NCBI GenBank assembly: GCA_031362415.1
Contig: JANLSK010000149.1
Location: forward strand, 1-61,074
From: Actinomycetes bacterium
GTDB taxonomy: Bacteria; Actinomycetota; Acidimicrobiia; IMCC26256; VFJJ01
Direction: 5' to 3'
Length of the DNA stretch: 61,074 nucleotides
The notes under the pieces are model-generated. The model was not told the DNA's origin. It saw nothing but the letters and a program-made list of their open reading frames with translations, and ran no database searches. Every line of letters starts with the position of its first letter. The first letter of the stretch is position 1. This document shows, one piece after another, positions 37,790 through 46,163 of the stretch. A program made the translations under genes and the position numbers.

Positions 37790-38265
37790 TCTCCACCGAC
37801 GGGCCGTGCCGTGCCGGCTGCTCTTCGCCTCCTACGCCCTGCGGGGACTGTCGCTCCTCGTGCTCGACCGGGCCCTCGAAGCCGGCGACATCGGGCTCCT
37901 CACGTTCATGATCTTCTACGGCCTCGACTGGGTGGCGACCGTCCCGCCCACCGTTGCCCTGTGGCGCACGGTGCTTCGCGACCGATCGGGGGCCGGTGGT
38001 GTTCGGATGGGTCTTCGCCGGCCATCAGATCGGCGCCGCGTCCATCGCCTGGTTCGCCGGCGTCACCCACGTCTGGACGGGTAGCTACCGCCTGAGCCTC
38101 CTGGTGGCCGGCACCCTGTGTCTCGTGGCGGCCCTCGCCACCCAGGGCATTCGCAACGATGGCCCAACGCCCCGCTCGTCGAGTCCCGAGCCCGGGCCTC
38201 CACCCGATGCCGAGCCGCTCAGCCCCGAGCCGCTCAGCCCAGGCGTCGGGGCGGGTCGAGCGTGA
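37790..38265 (+). pseudogene. C-terminal MFS transporter remnant (N-terminally truncated, frameshifted)
   Basis: ORFs 37752..38084 and 37954..38265 in two frames read as the last ~4 TM helices of an MFS protein (FGWVFAGHQIGAASIAWFAG). No upstream portion is present. Confidence 0.45.
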
Positions 38266-39007
38266 TCGCTCCCACGTTGAGCCGGGTCTCGACGAGCGCG
38301 GTGTATTCGGCCGACCCGTCGGCCAGGATCGACTGTGCACCCAGGGCCCGGGCCGCCGCTCCGGTCGTGCCCGAGCCGCACATCGGGTCGACGACGAGCT
38401 CACCGGGCGCCAGCACCATCTTCAGCAACGGCTCGATCACGTTGACGGGCTTTTGCGCCGGATGGCCCGTCTGCTCGGCCCGGCCGATGAAGCCCACGAG
38501 CAACGCGGCCTCGATGACGCTGGGCGGCCCGGGCATGTACCGGAGCTTGCCCTGGGCCTTGAGCGCCAGCTGAGCCTCGTTGAGGAAATGCTCGGGATAC
38601 AACCGTGCGCCGGGACGGCCCAGGTGCAGGCAGGTCATCTGCGCCGATCGCCAGCCCCTGATGACCGACGGGTTGTTCTTGTAGTACCAGGTGAGCCAGG
38701 CCACGAGTTCGAGCGGCGCAGGCAGACGGCTGACGAAGCGGGCCATGATCTCGGGGAAGCCCCACAGGTACACGTGGTCGGCGACGGCTCCCGCCGCGGT
38801 GAGCAGGTCGAGCACGAACTGGTCGTACTCGCCGCTGTCGGTGACACCGCCGATTCCCTTGTTGTACCAGGGGTCGAGCATCACGCATCGCACGTCGACG
38901 CCTGACTCGGCGACCACGGCCAGGGTCTCGAACACGTCGCCAGGGGCCAGGAGCACGACGCCGTCGGTCTCGGGGCTCTGAGCGACAGCGGCGGCCAGGG
39001 GATGCAC
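38234..39007 (-). CDS. site-specific DNA methyltransferase (beta-class N4/N6 amino-MTase), orphan
   Basis: Motif IV-like DPWYNKG precedes the AdoMet motif I DPMCGSGTT, which is the beta-class order. The start is an in-frame GTG at 39007. The longer ORF extending to 39892 runs out of frame over the ABC permease gene and is an artefact. No restriction endonuclease gene is adjacent. Confidence 0.7.
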   Translation of the reverse strand: MHPLAAAVAQSPETDGVVLLAPGDVFETLAVVAESGVDVRCVMLDPWYNKGIGGVTDSGEYDQFVLDLLTAAGAVADHVYLWGFPEIMARFVSRLPAPLELVAWLTWYYKNNPSVIRGWRSAQMTCLHLGRPGARLYPEHFLNEAQLALKAQGKLRYMPGPPSVIEAALLVGFIGRAEQTGHPAQKPVNVIEPLLKMVLAPGELVVDPMCGSGTTGAAARALGAQSILADGSAEYTALVETRLNVGAITLDPPRRLG

Positions 39008-39101
39008 CGGCCGAGCATGCCACCTGCAACCGTCCCACGTGCGACCGTCGCCTGCCACCGGCCACCTGCGACCGCCGCCAGCTTCCGTGGGCCGGCCCCA
39101 C

Positions 39102-39150
39102 CCCACGAGCAACTGCCAGTACACGGTCGTATACGCGCGACTTCTGGCAG
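39102..39150. repeat. palindromic intergenic element copy 2
   Basis: GCAACTGCCAGTACA-(spacer containing CGCGCGACT)-CTGGCAGTTGCTCG, between the ABC permease stop and the MTase start. It is a near-identical arm copy of 21826..21875. Confidence 0.7.
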
Positions 39151-39195
39151 TTGCTCGGTCGGTGGCGCGACCGCGGGCGGGTCTCGTCGGCTCGG

Positions 39196-40017
39196 TCAGC
39201 TCCGGCCGTCGATGCCGAGGAGGCGCTCGCGGCGTACGGCGTGACTGCCGCGGGCCAAACCGAACCCGGCGATCGTCCAGGCGACGGCGCCCACGATCCA
39301 CACCGAGGCCGTCGACGAGAACATCGAACCGCTCGCAGCCCCGTAGGCGACCACGATCACCGGCAGCGTGACCAGTGACGACGCCTGTTGCGCAGCGGCG
39401 GCCGATTTCACGACGCCCGACACCCGCAGGATCATCGACAGGGCCACGGCGATGCAGGGCGGCATGACCCAGAAGATGAGTAGCCACCACCGCCCGGTGG
39501 GGAAGAACCAGCGCCCGAGCTCGCCGCCGACGGTGAAGTTCACGACCAGCGAGTAGGCGGCGAACCCGGTGAGGAGCACGATGTAGCCGGGCAGGAGGCT
39601 GGCCACGAGCTTGCCCAGGTAGATCTCGCGCTCGCTGGCGGGGGAGTGGGCCAGGAACTCCCCGGTGCCCCGTTCGCGTTCGCCCACGATGGTGTTGGCC
39701 CCGACCGCCGCGGCCACCGTCAGCGGGACGATCACCGCCACCGGGCCGAACAGGTAGACCGCGAACGCGTAGCCGGCCCGCGCTGCCGTCGACGATCCCT
39801 CCACGCTGTCGGTGATGTCGCGGGGCAGCGCCCCCAGCACCCGGGTCACCTGCTCGATGGCGCCGCTGTCGTCGGCGCCCGTCACGATCCACAGCAAGAG
39901 GCCCGGGATCACCACGAAGAACATGCCGGCCATGATCCCGATGGGGATCCAGAAGTCCCGGCTGCGCACCACCTGGCGCAGGTCGGCCCGGGCCACGGCC
40001 ATCGCCCTGGTCATCAC
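39196..40017 (-). CDS. ABC-2 family transporter permease
   Basis: 273 aa with six TM segments and an ABC-2 type layout. A 4-bp overlap links it to the upstream ATPase gene. Confidence 0.75.
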   Translation of the reverse strand: MMTRAMAVARADLRQVVRSRDFWIPIGIMAGMFFVVIPGLLLWIVTGADDSGAIEQVTRVLGALPRDITDSVEGSSTAARAGYAFAVYLFGPVAVIVPLTVAAAVGANTIVGERERGTGEFLAHSPASEREIYLGKLVASLLPGYIVLLTGFAAYSLVVNFTVGGELGRWFFPTGRWWLLIFWVMPPCIAVALSMILRVSGVVKSAAAAQQASSLVTLPVIVVAYGAASGSMFSSTASVWIVGAVAWTIAGFGLARGSHAVRRERLLGIDGRS

Positions 40018-40973
40018 CGTGCGATCGCCTCGGTCGCGGTCTGGCCGTCGCCGTCGCCGTCTCTGGCGCCGTCTCGCTGGAGCGCGAAGTACAGCTCCTC
40101 GAGCGTGGGCTGCAGCGGCTGCACCCGGGTCAGGCGCACCCCGTCGTCCACGAGGCGACGTACCAGCTCGGGCACCCGGGCCGGATCGTCGAGGTCGACG
40201 GTCGCCACGCCGTTGCGGTGATAGGCGAGCACCCCGTCCATGGCGGCGACGGCGTCGAGACGGCTGGGCTGCTCAGCGTCGAGGACGACCCGACAGTCGG
40301 GCCACAGGCGCCGGGCCAGCTCGCCGGGAGGGCCGGCGGCGACGGCCGTCCCGCGGCTCACCAGCACCACCTGGTCGGCCAGGCCCTCGGCCTCGTGGAG
40401 CAAGTGTGTGCACACCACCACGGTCTTGCCCCTCCCGGCCATCTCGCGAATGAGGCCCAGCACGGCCCGGGCCGATTCGGGGTCGAGCCCCGCCGTGGGC
40501 TCGTCGAGCAGCAGCAGGTCAGGATCGTGCAGCACGGCGCGAGCCAGGGCCAGCCTCGTGCGCATGCCGGTGGAGTACCCGTCGACCTTGTGCGCGAGCG
40601 CGTGGCCGATACCGAAACGGTCGGCGGCCTCATCGATGAGGAAGTCGGCGGCGGCCTTGCGTCCGAGGCCGTAGATCTCGGCGGCGTAGCGGAGGTTGTC
40701 GCGCCCCGACATGCGCAGGTACAGGCTGGGCTTGGGGGCCACCACACCGCACCGTTGGCGGACGGCCATCCCGTCGGTGATGGGATCGAGCCCGAGCACC
40801 TCGACCCGGCCGGTGTCGGCGGCCAGGGATCCCGTCATCAGCCGGACGGTCGTCGACTTTCCTGCGCCGTTGGGCCCGAGCAGCACGGTCACCGTCCCCT
40901 CGGGGACCTCCAGCGTCATGTCGCGCACGGCGACCACGTCACCGAAGCGCCGCCCGACACCGGTGAGGCGCAC
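40014..40973 (-). CDS. ABC transporter ATP-binding protein
   Basis: Walker A GPNGAGKST, the signature YSTGMRTRLALA and Walker B LLLLDEPTAGLD. The start is approximate; an N-terminal extension up to 41168 is possible. Confidence 0.85.
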   Translation of the reverse strand: MRLTGVGRRFGDVVAVRDMTLEVPEGTVTVLLGPNGAGKSTTVRLMTGSLAADTGRVEVLGLDPITDGMAVRQRCGVVAPKPSLYLRMSGRDNLRYAAEIYGLGRKAAADFLIDEAADRFGIGHALAHKVDGYSTGMRTRLALARAVLHDPDLLLLDEPTAGLDPESARAVLGLIREMAGRGKTVVVCTHLLHEAEGLADQVVLVSRGTAVAAGPPGELARRLWPDCRVVLDAEQPSRLDAVAAMDGVLAYHRNGVATVDLDDPARVPELVRRLVDDGVRLTRVQPLQPTLEELYFALQRDGARDGDGDGQTATEAIAR

Positions 40974-41232
40974 GGCGGCACGCGTGGCCGACGGGACGGC
41001 GGTGGTCTCCCTGGTCGGCGGCGCGTTCGCCTCGCTGGCCGGCGCAGCGGCCGCGATCGAAGCGGCGATCGCGGCGGCGCTCGGATCCAACGGGGTGTCA
41101 GTGCGGAACGTATCGAGTGAAGTCACTGCGCAGGGTGCCGATCGCTCGTCACGGAACGTGGTCAACACGTTGTCGGCTGTACCCGCCCGATCCTGAAGGC
41201 TCCCGGCTAACCTGAGCGCGCACGCACAACAC

Positions 41233-41304
41233 GGCGGCGTGGCCGAGTGGTTCAGGCAAGGGTCTGCAAAACCCTCTACAGCGGTTCAATTCCGCTCGCC
41301 GCCT
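41233..41304 (+). tRNA. tRNA-Cys (GCA)
   Basis: GGCGGCG acceptor stem, AGGGT/CTGCAAA/ACCCT anticodon arm and GGTTCAATTCC T-loop. Confidence 0.85.
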
Positions 41305-41426
41305 CTGATGTCTGCTATCTGCGAGCAGCAGCACCACGGGGTGTCGGGCAACCGGCACCCCGCTCCGCGAGCGGGCTGGTCACGGGTTGGTTCGAGGGCC
41401 CCAAAAGCGGCGGTACAGTTCGTGCA

Positions 41427-42422
41427 ATGACGACCCGATTCGACCTTCCCGTGGAAGTGGCACATCCGATGCCTCAGCCGCGGGTGGGCTCGGTCCTGCC
41501 CCCGCCCGTCGCTCTCGGGAGCTTCCTCGCGGCGCTCAAGCCCGAGTACTCGGAGATCTGGGTGCGCGCTCGTGCCGGAGCCACTGTGCGATGCTTCAGG
41601 CATCCTCACGGTGCACGGCCGTCCATCGTGGTGAAGGAGCTGACCGCGCATGAGGAAGACCCCGCCGAGATGGCGGTGACCCACCTCATGCTCGAGGCCG
41701 ACGCTTCTGCTGGGAACCGACCGATGGTGGCCCCGAAGCTGGTGGCGTATGGGGATGATCCACCGTTCGTCGCCTACGAGTTCATCGAAGGCCGACTGCT
41801 CAAGGACATGATCGTGACGGCGACCGACGGCTCGACGTCGGTTCATCGAGAACGGCTGATCGACCTGGCTCGACGCAGCGGAGCCGCGATGGCGCGGTTC
41901 CATGGCGCCTTTGGTCCGCCGGGGCCGCAGGATCGAGCCGACGATCGGTTGTCGGAGTCGCGTCTCGCATCGCGGAGCCTCACGCTCGGTGGGGTCAAGA
42001 GTCCGGACCTGTCGGCGTGGGTCCGGTCGATGATCGATCCCGGCCCTCACAACCTTGTGGTCGATCTCGACGATCAGGTCCTGATCATCGATCTCCCTGC
42101 AGCGGCCGTCTTCCGCCCTCGCGAGGCCGAACTCGGGATGCTTGCCCAGCGTTTCGGTCGGCTCGTTCGCCGGAGCGCTCGCCTGTCGCAACGGCCCACC
42201 CGGGGGGCCGCTCGTCGGATCGCCTCAGCGGTCGTCGACGGCTACCAGCGTGAGTACCGGGGGCCGCTCGAGAGGTCGCTCGTCGAGGTGTACATCGGCG
42301 TGTCGAGCGCACTGTACGCCTTGTCGCATGCAACCCGGGTGCGCTCGGTTGCCAGCATGCACGAGGTGGCGTCCGACGGAGCCTGGTTCGTCGGTTCCAT
42401 CGTTCGAGCTCGCACGGGGTAG
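41427..42422 (+). CDS. hypothetical protein, possible phosphotransferase (APH-like kinase fold)
   Basis: GPHNLVVDLDDQVLIIDLPAAAVF resembles the HxDxxxxN catalytic loop plus DxE-type metal-binding motif of aminoglycoside-kinase-like proteins. 331 aa counting from the ATG at 41427. Confidence 0.4.
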   Translation: MTTRFDLPVEVAHPMPQPRVGSVLPPPVALGSFLAALKPEYSEIWVRARAGATVRCFRHPHGARPSIVVKELTAHEEDPAEMAVTHLMLEADASAGNRPMVAPKLVAYGDDPPFVAYEFIEGRLLKDMIVTATDGSTSVHRERLIDLARRSGAAMARFHGAFGPPGPQDRADDRLSESRLASRSLTLGGVKSPDLSAWVRSMIDPGPHNLVVDLDDQVLIIDLPAAAVFRPREAELGMLAQRFGRLVRRSARLSQRPTRGAARRIASAVVDGYQREYRGPLERSLVEVYIGVSSALYALSHATRVRSVASMHEVASDGAWFVGSIVRARTG

Positions 42423-42451
42423 CCAGGCCCTTCCTCGCCGTCGGTGACCTG

Positions 42452-43383
42452 ATGTACGACGGCCCCTGGGTGGCGGAACGACTCGCCGCCGTCGGGGACT
42501 TCGTCGACGCCCATCCCGACGACGTGCTTGCGGTCACCCGCTCGATCATCATGGGAGCTCGAAGGTTCAGCGCCGCAGACGCCTTCAGGGCCGAGTATCG
42601 CCGGCGCGAGTTGGCGATGGCGACCGCACGGGTCTGGGACGTGATCGACGTGCTGTGTCTGCCGTCGGTTCCCGGTGTCCCCACGCTCGACGACGTCGCC
42701 GCCGATCCCTTCGGGGCGAACGCCCGTCTGGGCCGGTTCTCGACGTTCGTGAACCTGCTCGACCTGTGCGCCGTCGCCACCCCGGGAGGTTTCACGGGCA
42801 CCGGTGCAGCGGGGCTCCCAGCGGGGTTCACGCTCGTCGGACCGGCGTGCACGGATCGGCTGCTCCTCACGCTGGCCGGCCAGTATCACGACGTGCACGG
42901 GTCCGACCGGCCCTGGGCGCCCTGGGCCCGTCGGGGGGCCCTCGCACGCGCTCGGGATCGACGCGCCGGTCGACCGTCGAGCCGGGGACGGACGGAGCGA
43001 CGATCGCCCTCGCCGTGGTGGGGGCGCACCTCGTCGGGCAGCCGCTGAACCATCAGCTCACCGACATCGGGGCCACCCTGGCTGCGAGGACCACGACCGC
43101 TCCGATCTACCGCCTGTACGCCATCGCCGAGACCTCGCCACCCAAGCCGGGCCTCGTGCGAGTTGGCGGTGGCGGTGGCGGAGAGAGCATCGAGGTCGAG
43201 GTGTGGAACGTTCCCGCCGCCGCCTTGGGCCCGTTCGTCGCCGCGGTCCCTCAGCCGCTTGCCATCGGAACGGTGGCCCTCAGCGACGGTCGCTGGGTGA
43301 GCGGATTCGTGTGCGCTCGACGGGGCGACCGACATCACCCCCTTCGGGGGCTGGCGGGCCTGGCTCACCTCGAGGTGAAGTGA
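42452..43383 (+). pseudogene. allophanate hydrolase remnant (C-terminal part of amidase-signature domain plus AH C-terminal domain, frameshifted)
   Basis: ORF 42452..43048 reads as an amidase C-terminus (LCLPSVPGVP...GLPAGFTLVGP). ORF 42655..43383, in another frame, ends with the allophanate hydrolase C-terminal domain (LAARTTTAPIYRLYAI...VEVWNVPAAALGPFVAAVPQPLAIGTVALSDGRWVSGFVC). There is no N-terminal ~400 aa. Confidence 0.55.
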
Positions 43384-43403
43384 ATGGGTACGACGAGTCC
43401 GGG

Positions 43404-45146
43404 TCAGTCGTCGCTGCGGCGCCCGTTCCCCTTGTCTTCCTTGTCGTCCTCCTCGTCATCGTCGTTGAGCGTGGTCGGAGGGGCCATGGTCGCGCTCTCT
43501 CCCAGCGTGGAATTCGTGGTCGTCGCCGGCGGGGCAGCGGGAACGACCACAGGAATGCGAGGCGGGGTTGACATCGTCGTCCCGGGGCCCGGTGGCGACG
43601 CAGCGACCTGCTCCAGGAAGTCGTCAACGGTGGCGATGGCGGCCCGGATGGCGTCGGCGTGCTCCTCGCTGAGGCGGCCCTGGTCGTCGAGCTCCACGGT
43701 CGCAACCCGGAGCGCGTCGAGCTCAGCCGAGGCCGCATCGAGGTTCCCGTCCTCGATGTGCTGGCGCACCAGCTCGACCCGATCGGCGAGATCGTCTGTG
43801 GCGGCACGCGGTGTCCCGGTCCCGGTCCCGCTTCCGCTCCCGGATGCGGGCGTGGTGACGGCGGCGGCCACGGCGTCGTCGAGCAGGCCGAGCACGCCGT
43901 GCAGCTCGGCCTGCGGAGACGGGATCGTCGTCCGAGCCCCGAACGTGTCGTCGGCTCGGGTCGAGATGAAGGGGCCGTCCCCGCCGGTGGCGAACGCGGC
44001 GATGGCCATCGCCAACACGACAACACTGGCCACACCGGCGATCAGCCGGTGCGTCGTTGCCGGGCTCGCCTGCTCGGGGAGGACGACGCCAACGGGAGTT
44101 CCCGTGTCGGTATCGGTCTCGGTCTCGGCGTTGGCCTCGGTGCCAGTGTCGGTGCTGGTGTCGGTGTTGGTATCAGCCCCGGTCTCGGTGTCGGCAGCGG
44201 TGTCGGTGTGGGTGTCGGTTGGGATTTCGGCGATCACGACGGGCGACGCCGCCCTGAGGGGCTCGATGGCGGCGATCATCTCCGTCGCACTGGTGAAGCG
44301 CTGGTCGAGCGACGGGTGCATCGCCCGTTCAACGACGGCGATCAGGGCCGGGTCAAGGTCGGGTCGCACCGTCGCCAGCGGCACGGGAGACGCCTGGGAG
44401 ATCGATCGGGCGAGATCGATGAGCGACTCGCCTGCGAAGGGACGCTGGGCCGAGAGGGCGAAGTACATGATGACGCCGACGGCATAGAGATCGCTCTGGG
44501 CCGAGGCCGGCTGGCCGGCGATGAGCTCGGGAGCGGTGTACTGCCAGGTCCCGACGAACTCGCCGGGCCGGGTGAGATCCTGCCCGGCGCCCTTGGCGAT
44601 CCCGAAGTCGGCCAGCTTCGCCGAGCCGCTGGCCGTGAACAGGATGTTGCCTGGCTTCACGTCGCGATGGATGAGGCCGGCCTCGTGGGCGGCCCCCAGC
44701 CCGGCCAGGACGTCACGCACCACCGAGCACACCGTGGCTTCGTCGAGGGGCGTGGTCCCGAGGTCGTCGGCGAGGTTCCGGCCCGGGAGGCGTTCCATGA
44801 CGAGGTACGGCTCACCCTCGTGCTCGCCGAAGTCGTGGACGGTCACCACGTTGGGATGGTTGAGCCGTGCCATGGCCCGCGCCTCGTGCGAGAACCGGAG
44901 CGCGGTCGAGACGGGGTCGGCCGCGTCGCCGAGCAGGAGCTTCACGGCGACCGCGCGGTGCAACCACAGATCGAGCCCACCCCACACCTCACCCATGGCG
45001 CCGGCACCAAGCCGCTCATCGAGGCGGTATCGACCGGCGAGGGTCCAGCGTTCGGACCGGGCAGCGCCGGGGCGACGCTCGGCGACGGGCAAGCGATCGT
45101 TGGACGTCTCGATGATCACAGGTGGCGCACCCTCGGTCGGGCCCAA
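43404..45146 (-). CDS. serine/threonine protein kinase (membrane-anchored, extracellular C-terminal region)
   Basis: Hanks kinase motifs GAGAMGEVW, VAVK, HRDVKPGNIL, DFG and APE. A TM segment and a Thr/Asp repeat linker follow. The TTG start at 45146 is uncertain. Confidence 0.85.
   Translation of the reverse strand: MGPTEGAPPVIIETSNDRLPVAERRPGAARSERWTLAGRYRLDERLGAGAMGEVWGGLDLWLHRAVAVKLLLGDAADPVSTALRFSHEARAMARLNHPNVVTVHDFGEHEGEPYLVMERLPGRNLADDLGTTPLDEATVCSVVRDVLAGLGAAHEAGLIHRDVKPGNILFTASGSAKLADFGIAKGAGQDLTRPGEFVGTWQYTAPELIAGQPASAQSDLYAVGVIMYFALSAQRPFAGESLIDLARSISQASPVPLATVRPDLDPALIAVVERAMHPSLDQRFTSATEMIAAIEPLRAASPVVIAEIPTDTHTDTAADTETGADTNTDTSTDTGTEANAETETDTDTGTPVGVVLPEQASPATTHRLIAGVASVVVLAMAIAAFATGGDGPFISTRADDTFGARTTIPSPQAELHGVLGLLDDAVAAAVTTPASGSGSGTGTGTPRAATDDLADRVELVRQHIEDGNLDAASAELDALRVATVELDDQGRLSEEHADAIRAAIATVDDFLEQVAASPPGPGTTMSTPPRIPVVVPAAPPATTTNSTLGESATMAPPTTLNDDDEEDDKEDKGNGRRSDD
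44097..44219. repeat. imperfect hexanucleotide (GTCGGT/CTCGGT) repeat encoding a (T-D/E/G)n linker
   Basis: Encodes TDTHTDTAADTETGADTNTDTSTDTGTEANAETETDTDTGT within the kinase. Confidence 0.8.
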
Positions 45147-45298
45147 CGCTCGCGTGAGGGTTCGCGTTGGCAGGCGTCACTGCGAGCGTCGAGCCCCTGC
45201 ATTGTAGCGGCGCGTTCCGTGGTCGCTATCCCGCCGGCGGTGACACCCCACCGCCTCCAGCCCCAACCCTTGGTGTCGGGAACGGGGGTTCCGGGGTG

Positions 45299-45964
45299 TC
45301 AGTGGTCGGGGTCGGTCGTTCGGACCAGGGAACGGGAGGCCCAGTCCCGCCAAGCCTGCGGGACCGCCGGGGTGTCGCGCAGGCGCACGAGGAGACTGGG
45401 ATCGCTGCTGCGGTGGGCTTCGGAGATGTCGGCGATCCGCAGGCCGTGCACAGGGCGTTCGCCGACTGCGATCGCGTCGCCGGCGCCCACCTGACCGTCG
45501 GCGATGATGCGGAGGTAGGTGCCGAGGCGATCGGCGGCATAGAACCGGTCGACGAAGCTGGCGTCGCCCATCCTGATCCCGAGCTTGAAGCAGGGCTGAC
45601 GGGGCTGGGCGACCTCGAGCACGGCGGTCCCGACGGTCCAGCGTTCGCCGATCACACAGGCCATGAGGTCGATTCCGGCCACGGTGAGGTTCTCGCCGAA
45701 CGTGGCGGGCTCGACCGGCTGCCCCAACTCGGACGACCACCACCGGTAGTCGTCGATCGAATACGCGTAGACGGCCTTGTCGGGGCCACCGTGCACCCGC
45801 AGGTCGGCCTGGCCATCTCCAACGAGGTTGACGCCCCGCATGGCGACCCGCCCCTCGACGGGCAGCTTCCAGATCGCCGTGGTGACCGTTCGTCCGAACC
45901 ACTCGATATCGCGGGGCTCGCCGACGTTCACCGAGACCAGTGCACCCTCGATCGATCGCGCCAT
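45299..45964 (-). CDS. MOSC domain-containing protein (YiiM-like)
   Basis: LVSVNVGEPRDIEW...GENLTVAGIDLMACVIGERW matches the MOSC beta-barrel. The start is assigned at the internal ATG (MARSIEG). Confidence 0.7.
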   Translation of the reverse strand: MARSIEGALVSVNVGEPRDIEWFGRTVTTAIWKLPVEGRVAMRGVNLVGDGQADLRVHGGPDKAVYAYSIDDYRWWSSELGQPVEPATFGENLTVAGIDLMACVIGERWTVGTAVLEVAQPRQPCFKLGIRMGDASFVDRFYAADRLGTYLRIIADGQVGAGDAIAVGERPVHGLRIADISEAHRSSDPSLLVRLRDTPAVPQAWRDWASRSLVRTTDPDH

Positions 45965-46163
45965 GGTCCCGCCCTCCGTGCTCCCCGTCGCAACTGTCAG
46001 CGTGAAGGGCCGCATGTGGCCCGTGACGCTGACAGTTGGCCGCATCTGGTGTCGTGTGCGAACCGATCCGAATCGACGATCGTCTACGCCGGTCATGGTG
46101 AACCAGTGACGAACCTATCCGGTACGGTGCGCGAGCAGGCAGTGCTTGAGGGCGAGGTGATCG

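Noticed and set aside
39008-39892. Upstream 295-aa extension of the methyltransferase ORF (38234..39892)
   Set aside because: The extension overlaps the ABC-2 permease gene out of frame and crosses the palindromic element. Its translation is low complexity. The MTase motifs begin after an in-frame GTG at 39007.
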